A stretch of DNA of 64,000 bases, taken from positions 1,408,001-1,472,000 of the forward strand of contig CAVYXA010000001.1 in assembly GCA_963772365.1 (NCBI GenBank). Direction: 5' to 3'. This DNA comes from an uncultured Verrucomicrobiae bacterium (lineage in GTDB: Bacteria; Verrucomicrobiota; Verrucomicrobiia; Chthoniobacterales; UBA10450). This document shows positions 59,474 to 64,000 of the stretch, in pieces. The notes under the pieces were generated by a model that made no database searches, was not told where the DNA came from, and saw only the letters and a program-made list of their open reading frames with translations. The number at the start of each line of letters is the position of its first letter. Position 1 is the stretch's first letter. The position numbers and the translations under genes were made by a program.

Positions 59474-61382
59474 AACCACGACCACAGCACCAGCCAGATT
59501 ACTCGACGGCATTCATTCACCAGCCGACATCAAAGTATTGAACGAGCACGACCTGCCGCAGCTGGCGCAGGAAGTGCGCGACGAGTTGATCAAAGTGCTT
59601 TCTCAAACCGGCGGCCACCTGGGGCCGAACCTGGGTGTGGTGGAGCTTACGATTGCGCTGCACCGCGTGTTCAATACGCCTCACGATCGTTTTGTCATGG
59701 ACGTGAGTCATCAAGGCTACGTCCACAAAATGTTTACCGGTCGTCTCGATCGGATTCATATGATGCGGCAGTTCGGAGGCTTGAACGGATTTTTGTTGAG
59801 GACGGAAAGCGAGCATGACAGCTACGGCGCCGGTCATGCCGGCACGGCTCTCTCTGCTGCATTAGGCATGGCGGTGGGCCGCGATTTGCGTGGCGGCGAC
59901 GAGCACATCGTGGCGATCGCCGGTGATGCTGCGTTTACGTGTGGGATCAGTTACGAAGCTCTCAACAATATAAGAGCACAGACAAAACGTTTTATCGTTG
60001 TCCTTAATGATAACGAATGGTCGATCGCCAAGAACGTCGGCGCGATCGCGAACTACCTGAATAGTATCGTGACCAACCCGACTTACGCGCACCTGCACGA
60101 AAAGGCACACGCTTTTGTGAAAGCAATCCTTGGCAAAACCGGGGTGCATATTGCCCATAAAGTCGAAGAGAGCTTCAAAGGATTGCTGGTGCCGAGCGTG
60201 ATTTTTGAAGAGTTCGGCCTCCGCTATTACGGACCCATCGACGGCCACGATATTCCCCTGCTCATTCGGACGTTCGAATTTTTGAAAACCCAGGACGAGC
60301 CTGTCCTGCTTCATATCCTGACGAAAAAGGGCAAAGGCTACGAGCCGGCCATCAAGCAGCCGGACAAATTTCACGGACTCGGCAAATATAAGATCGAGAG
60401 CGGCGAGACCGCGCCTTCGCCGACACCGACGTATTCGGAAATCATTGGCAAAACCCTGGCAAAATTTGCCGAAACGAATCAGAAACTTGTCGCTATAACT
60501 GCGGCGATGCCGAGCGGCACGGGTCTTTCGCATTTCGCAAAAGCTCATCCAGCGCGCTATTTCGATGTCGGCATTGCCGAAGAACATGCGGCGTTATTTG
60601 CGTGCGGCGTGGCCACGCAAGGACTAACCCCTTTTCTGGCGATTTACTCCACTTTTTTCCAGCGCGCCTACGACATGGCCATTCATGACATGGCGATTCA
60701 GAGATTGAACGTTCGCTTGTGCATGGACCGCGCGGGATTGAGCGGAGATGACGGGCCGACCCATCATGGATTGTTCGACATCGGTTATCTGCGGCACATC
60801 CCGAATTGGGTGCACATGCAACCTAAGAACGAAGACGAATTCGTGGACATGCTCTGGACGATGGCGCACTACAACTCCGGGCCGATCGCCGTTCGCTACC
60901 CACGCGGCGCCGGAACGGGCGCGCAGATCAAAGCCGAGCCGAAGCTGCTCGAAATCGGCAAGGCGGAAGTTGTGCAACATGGGCGCGATGTGGCGATCTT
61001 TGGCCTAGGCAACATGTTTGAAGTGGCTGAGGAAGCAGCGCGCAAACTGGAGGAGAAAGGAATCTCAGTTGCATTGATCAATCCGCGTTGGATCAAACCG
61101 ATGGACACTGGCACGCTGGAATTTTTCGCTCGCAGTGTCGAGGTCGTCGCCACGATTGAAGATCACGTTCTGCACAACGGCTTCGGTTGCGCTGTGATGG
61201 AACATTTGCACTCGCAAATGATCCAAACGCCGGTCGTGCGGGTCGGTTGGCCGGATGAATTCATCGAGCACGGCGCAGTCCCCATCTTGCGGAAGAAACA
61301 CGGCATCACCGCTGACGCGCTCGTCGAGAAAGTGCTGCCTCTACTCAAGAAAAAATCGGTAGCGAAGACAAGCGCAGCCTAG
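59451..61382 (+). CDS. dxs: 1-deoxy-D-xylulose-5-phosphate synthase
   Basis: GGHLGPNLGVVELT, HQGYVHK, GDAA..LNDNE, DVGIAEEHA, DRAGLSGDDGPTHHG. Confidence 0.97.
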   Translation: MTTSDSSETTTTAPARLLDGIHSPADIKVLNEHDLPQLAQEVRDELIKVLSQTGGHLGPNLGVVELTIALHRVFNTPHDRFVMDVSHQGYVHKMFTGRLDRIHMMRQFGGLNGFLLRTESEHDSYGAGHAGTALSAALGMAVGRDLRGGDEHIVAIAGDAAFTCGISYEALNNIRAQTKRFIVVLNDNEWSIAKNVGAIANYLNSIVTNPTYAHLHEKAHAFVKAILGKTGVHIAHKVEESFKGLLVPSVIFEEFGLRYYGPIDGHDIPLLIRTFEFLKTQDEPVLLHILTKKGKGYEPAIKQPDKFHGLGKYKIESGETAPSPTPTYSEIIGKTLAKFAETNQKLVAITAAMPSGTGLSHFAKAHPARYFDVGIAEEHAALFACGVATQGLTPFLAIYSTFFQRAYDMAIHDMAIQRLNVRLCMDRAGLSGDDGPTHHGLFDIGYLRHIPNWVHMQPKNEDEFVDMLWTMAHYNSGPIAVRYPRGAGTGAQIKAEPKLLEIGKAEVVQHGRDVAIFGLGNMFEVAEEAARKLEEKGISVALINPRWIKPMDTGTLEFFARSVEVVATIEDHVLHNGFGCAVMEHLHSQMIQTPVVRVGWPDEFIEHGAVPILRKKHGITADALVEKVLPLLKKKSVAKTSAA

Positions 61383-61385
61383 AGG

Positions 61386-61778
61386 GATGAGGGATGAACG
61401 ATGAAAAAGATGATTTGCGCAAACGCACAAAACGATTCGCACTTCGAATCATTGAAGTTTACGAAAGCCTGCCGCTCTCCGGTTCTGCCCAAGTCCTAGC
61501 ACACCAACTCCTGCGATCTGGAACATCGGTAGGAGCGAATTTTCGCGAAGCACATCGCGCGCGGTCCGATGCGGAGTTTATCTCCAAAGTAGGAGATTCG
61601 CTGAAGGAGCTGGAAGAAGCGGCATATTGGCTCGAGTTACTTGTCGAATCTGGAGCGATCAGAAAAAAAGCTAGACCCATTGCGTGATGAAGCATCGCAA
61701 TTGACGGCTATCTTTACATCAATCGTAAAGAAGCTCCGTGCACGCATTTAATTCATCCTTCATCGTTCATCCTTCATC
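61386..61778. mobile_element. Putative intervening element: inverted 7-nt-period arms enclosing a four-helix-bundle gene
   Basis: GATGAGGGATGAACGATGAA (61386-61405) pairs with TTCATCGTTCATCCTTCATC (61759-61778): 19 Watson-Crick pairs plus 1 G-U. Confidence 0.7.
61394..61751 (+). CDS. Four-helix-bundle protein (23S rRNA IVP family), frameshift at the A-run near 61661
   Basis: RTKRFAL..QLLRSGTSVGANFREA.RARSDAEFISK....KELEE..YWLELL; shifted frame ends EASQLTAIFTSIVKKLRARI*. Confidence 0.9.
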
Positions 61779-61783
61779 TTTTT

Positions 61784-62809
61784 ATGAGCGCAATCGAAGC
61801 CCGCAACCTGACAAAGATTTACCGCACCTATCGCAAGGAGCGCGGGCTTTGGGGTTCCATTAAAGGATTGGCCAAACGGCGGTATGACGAAACCCGCGCT
61901 GCGGATCACGTTTCATTTAACATCGACAACGGCGAGTTTGTCGGATTTCTCGGGCCGAACGGAGCGGGCAAAACCACCGTGCTCAAAATGCTTTCCGGAT
62001 TGCTCAATCCTACTTCGGGGGATGCCCGCGTGCTTGGGTTCGTGCCGTGGGAACGTCGCAATGAGATGAAGCGGCAGTTCAGTTTGCTCATGGGACAGAA
62101 GAACGCGCTTTGGTGGGATTTGCCGGCGCAAGAATCGCTCGAGCTCAACCGGGTGATCTATGGAATCGATCGCGACAGATTCAAAAAAGTCGTCGGCGGT
62201 CTGGCGGAACTGCTCGAAGTCACGGACAAGATGAATGTGATGGTGCGCGAGCTCTCGTTGGGCGAACGCATGAAGATGGAATTGATCTCCGCGCTCATTC
62301 ACGAGCCGCGGGTGTTGTTTCTAGACGAACCAACCATCGGTCTCGACGTGGTCAGCCAGAAACGAGTGCGCGAATTTCTGCGGATCTATAATGAGGAACA
62401 TCGGATCGTGACGCTGCTCACGAGCCACTACATGCAGGACATTCAGGAACTTTGTCACCGTGTTCTGGTGATCGATCACGGGAAAATCTTCTTTGATGGT
62501 CCGCTGGATGAAATCGTTGACCGCTTTTCGCGTCACAAGATTTTGAGCCTGACTTTCGATCAACCAGTGGCGCGCGATTTTTCCAATTTTGGCGAAGTCA
62601 TTGAGCAAACCGCTATGTCAATCCAACTCAAGGTGCCGCGCGCCAAGGTGACAGAGACATGCCGGCAATTGCTCGAAGCGTGCAACGTGAGCGACATCAA
62701 TGTCCAGGAAGTGCCCGTCGAAGACGTGATCCGGCAACTCTTCGGCGAGCGACGCGCTGCCGATCACGATGTCGATGTTAGTGCGGCCGAAACCGCGCAC
62801 GCAAATTAG
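61784..62809 (+). CDS. ABC-2-type transporter ATP-binding protein
   Basis: GPNGAGKTT, LSLGERMK, LFLDEPTIGLD, TSHYM. Confidence 0.92.
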   Translation: MSAIEARNLTKIYRTYRKERGLWGSIKGLAKRRYDETRAADHVSFNIDNGEFVGFLGPNGAGKTTVLKMLSGLLNPTSGDARVLGFVPWERRNEMKRQFSLLMGQKNALWWDLPAQESLELNRVIYGIDRDRFKKVVGGLAELLEVTDKMNVMVRELSLGERMKMELISALIHEPRVLFLDEPTIGLDVVSQKRVREFLRIYNEEHRIVTLLTSHYMQDIQELCHRVLVIDHGKIFFDGPLDEIVDRFSRHKILSLTFDQPVARDFSNFGEVIEQTAMSIQLKVPRAKVTETCRQLLEACNVSDINVQEVPVEDVIRQLFGERRAADHDVDVSAAETAHAN

Positions 62810-62824
62810 CTTGCGCCAAACCGC

Positions 62825-63091
62825 TTAGCGCCGGATCAGAGCTTCGCGCAGATCATGCGCGTATGCCGGGTTCACTTCAAAGGCCATCACTGGCATCTCC
62901 GCGAGCTGAATTTCTTCCGCGTAGGGGATGCTTTGAACAAAACCGGCGGATAACAATCCATTTAGAGTATCGGTCAGATCCTCTATTTCCATTCGCGAGA
63001 GGTCCTGAATCTCTGCGCCGAGCATCGATTCGGCGAAACCAATCGCCTTGACGATGTTCGCTTCACGTCCTGTAAGTTTAATCTGACGCAC
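62825..63091 (-). CDS. Hypothetical protein (possible winged helix)
   Basis: 88-aa ORF filling the intergenic gap. Confidence 0.6.
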   Translation of the reverse strand: MRQIKLTGREANIVKAIGFAESMLGAEIQDLSRMEIEDLTDTLNGLLSAGFVQSIPYAEEIQLAEMPVMAFEVNPAYAHDLREALIRR

Positions 63092-63183
63092 GCCAAAAAT
63101 TTAGCAGCTTCCATACCGAGGTGCGCGACGTGGCAACTGCGCGTTCGGAAACTAACCCGCCATGGGAGGAGTTTTCTACGTTA

Positions 63184-64000
63184 TCAGAGCTCGATTACCT
63201 GTGCCGACTCAATGTCTTCGCTTGCTCGAAGCTGGACGAGGACTCTTTCGCCAGGCGCGGTGTCGAGATTCAAGACGGTGAGCGCGGTGCCGCCCGCTTG
63301 ATTTCGGCTTAACGACATCGTGGCAATGTTGATTCCATGATCGCCCAGCAATGTCCCGATGCGTCCGACCATTCCGGGACGATCTGTGTTCTCAAGCACG
63401 AGTAGAACACCATGCGGACGCGCTTCGACTGGCCGGCTGTTAATGCTCACGATCCGTGGTGTCGCACCAAAAAAAGCGCCGCCCACGGAGACACTTTTCC
63501 CCTCGCCCGACGCAGATAGTTCCAGCATATCGGTGTAATCACCGGGAGCGCTCAATCGCGACTCACTTAGTTTTAATCCGAGGCTCTCGGCAAACGCAGG
63601 TGCATTCACTTCATTCACTTCGCTCCCGCCCGCGATTTGCAGAAAACCTTTTAACACTGCTCGCGTGATCGCAGTGGTATCGACTTCGTTCACTTTGCCG
63701 CTGTAGTTGACATTCAGGGTCTCGGCCCGTTTCGGGGCGATTTGGGAAAGGAACCGCCCAAGCTTTTCGCCAAACCGCAGATGCGGCCCGATGATCGACA
63801 ATGTTTTTGCATCGAGATTTGGCATGTTCACCGCATTCCGGATCGTTCCTTCAAGGAGAGCGGCGCGAATCGATTGGGCGATCTCGATGCCGACACTTTC
63901 CTGCGCTTCCGCTGTCGATGCTCCCAGGTGCGGCGTGAGAACAAGATTAGGAGCACTTCGCAATGGCGAATCCGGCGGTAACGGCTCGTTCTCGAAAACA
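63184..64000 (-). CDS. serA: D-3-phosphoglycerate dehydrogenase, 3' part
   Basis: FENEP, TPHLGASTAEAQ, NAVNMP, ACT domain NTDRPGMVGRIGTLLG. Confidence 0.95.
   Translation of the reverse strand, partial: VFENEPLPPDSPLRSAPNLVLTPHLGASTAEAQESVGIEIAQSIRAALLEGTIRNAVNMPNLDAKTLSIIGPHLRFGEKLGRFLSQIAPKRAETLNVNYSGKVNEVDTTAITRAVLKGFLQIAGGSEVNEVNAPAFAESLGLKLSESRLSAPGDYTDMLELSASGEGKSVSVGGAFFGATPRIVSINSRPVEARPHGVLLVLENTDRPGMVGRIGTLLGDHGINIATMSLSRNQAGGTALTVLNLDTAPGERVLVQLRASEDIESAQVIEL

Noticed and set aside
59156..61382. xseB-dxs without ispA as a deletion
   Set aside because: The genes overlap cleanly with no remnant; likely normal lineage gene order.

Overview
This is a 64-kb bacterial chromosomal window. 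Gene content and repeat families suggest Verrucomicrobiota, Chthoniobacterales-like (inference). Scattered single-base frameshifts in conserved genes (ppdK, flippase, chdC, a kinase) look like uncorrected read or assembly indels. Layout: (1) 3' part of ppdK; (2) a ~32-kb Wzx/Wzy-type exopolysaccharide locus (O-antigen-ligase/TPR protein, WcaJ-like priming transferase, WcaI/WcaF-like genes, many glycosyltransferases, Wzy, Wzx, Wzc, short OPX, outer-membrane beta-barrel); (3) inside that locus, a 7.9-kb islet with a decayed type I restriction-modification locus (hsdM relic, N-truncated hsdR, no hsdS) and an opposite-strand cassette: small protein, anchorless membrane-fusion-like protein, acidic protein and an RNase Sa/barnase-type domain with no visible immunity gene; (4) two hybrid histidine kinases and housekeeping genes (HU/IHF, rnhC, mutY, yicC, gmk, coaC/coaB, suhB, ispF, cysS, tRNA-Ser, chdC, gcvT/H, xseB, dxs, serA). 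The most unusual signals are two four-helix-bundle (23S rRNA IVP-family) genes bracketed by 7-nt-period repeat arms, plus empty versions of those arms; several palindromic repeat families inserted in frame in coding genes; and a stand-alone 18-aa Lys/Ala peptide gene with its own RBS and terminator. All family assignments come from motif recognition by eye; no searches were run.
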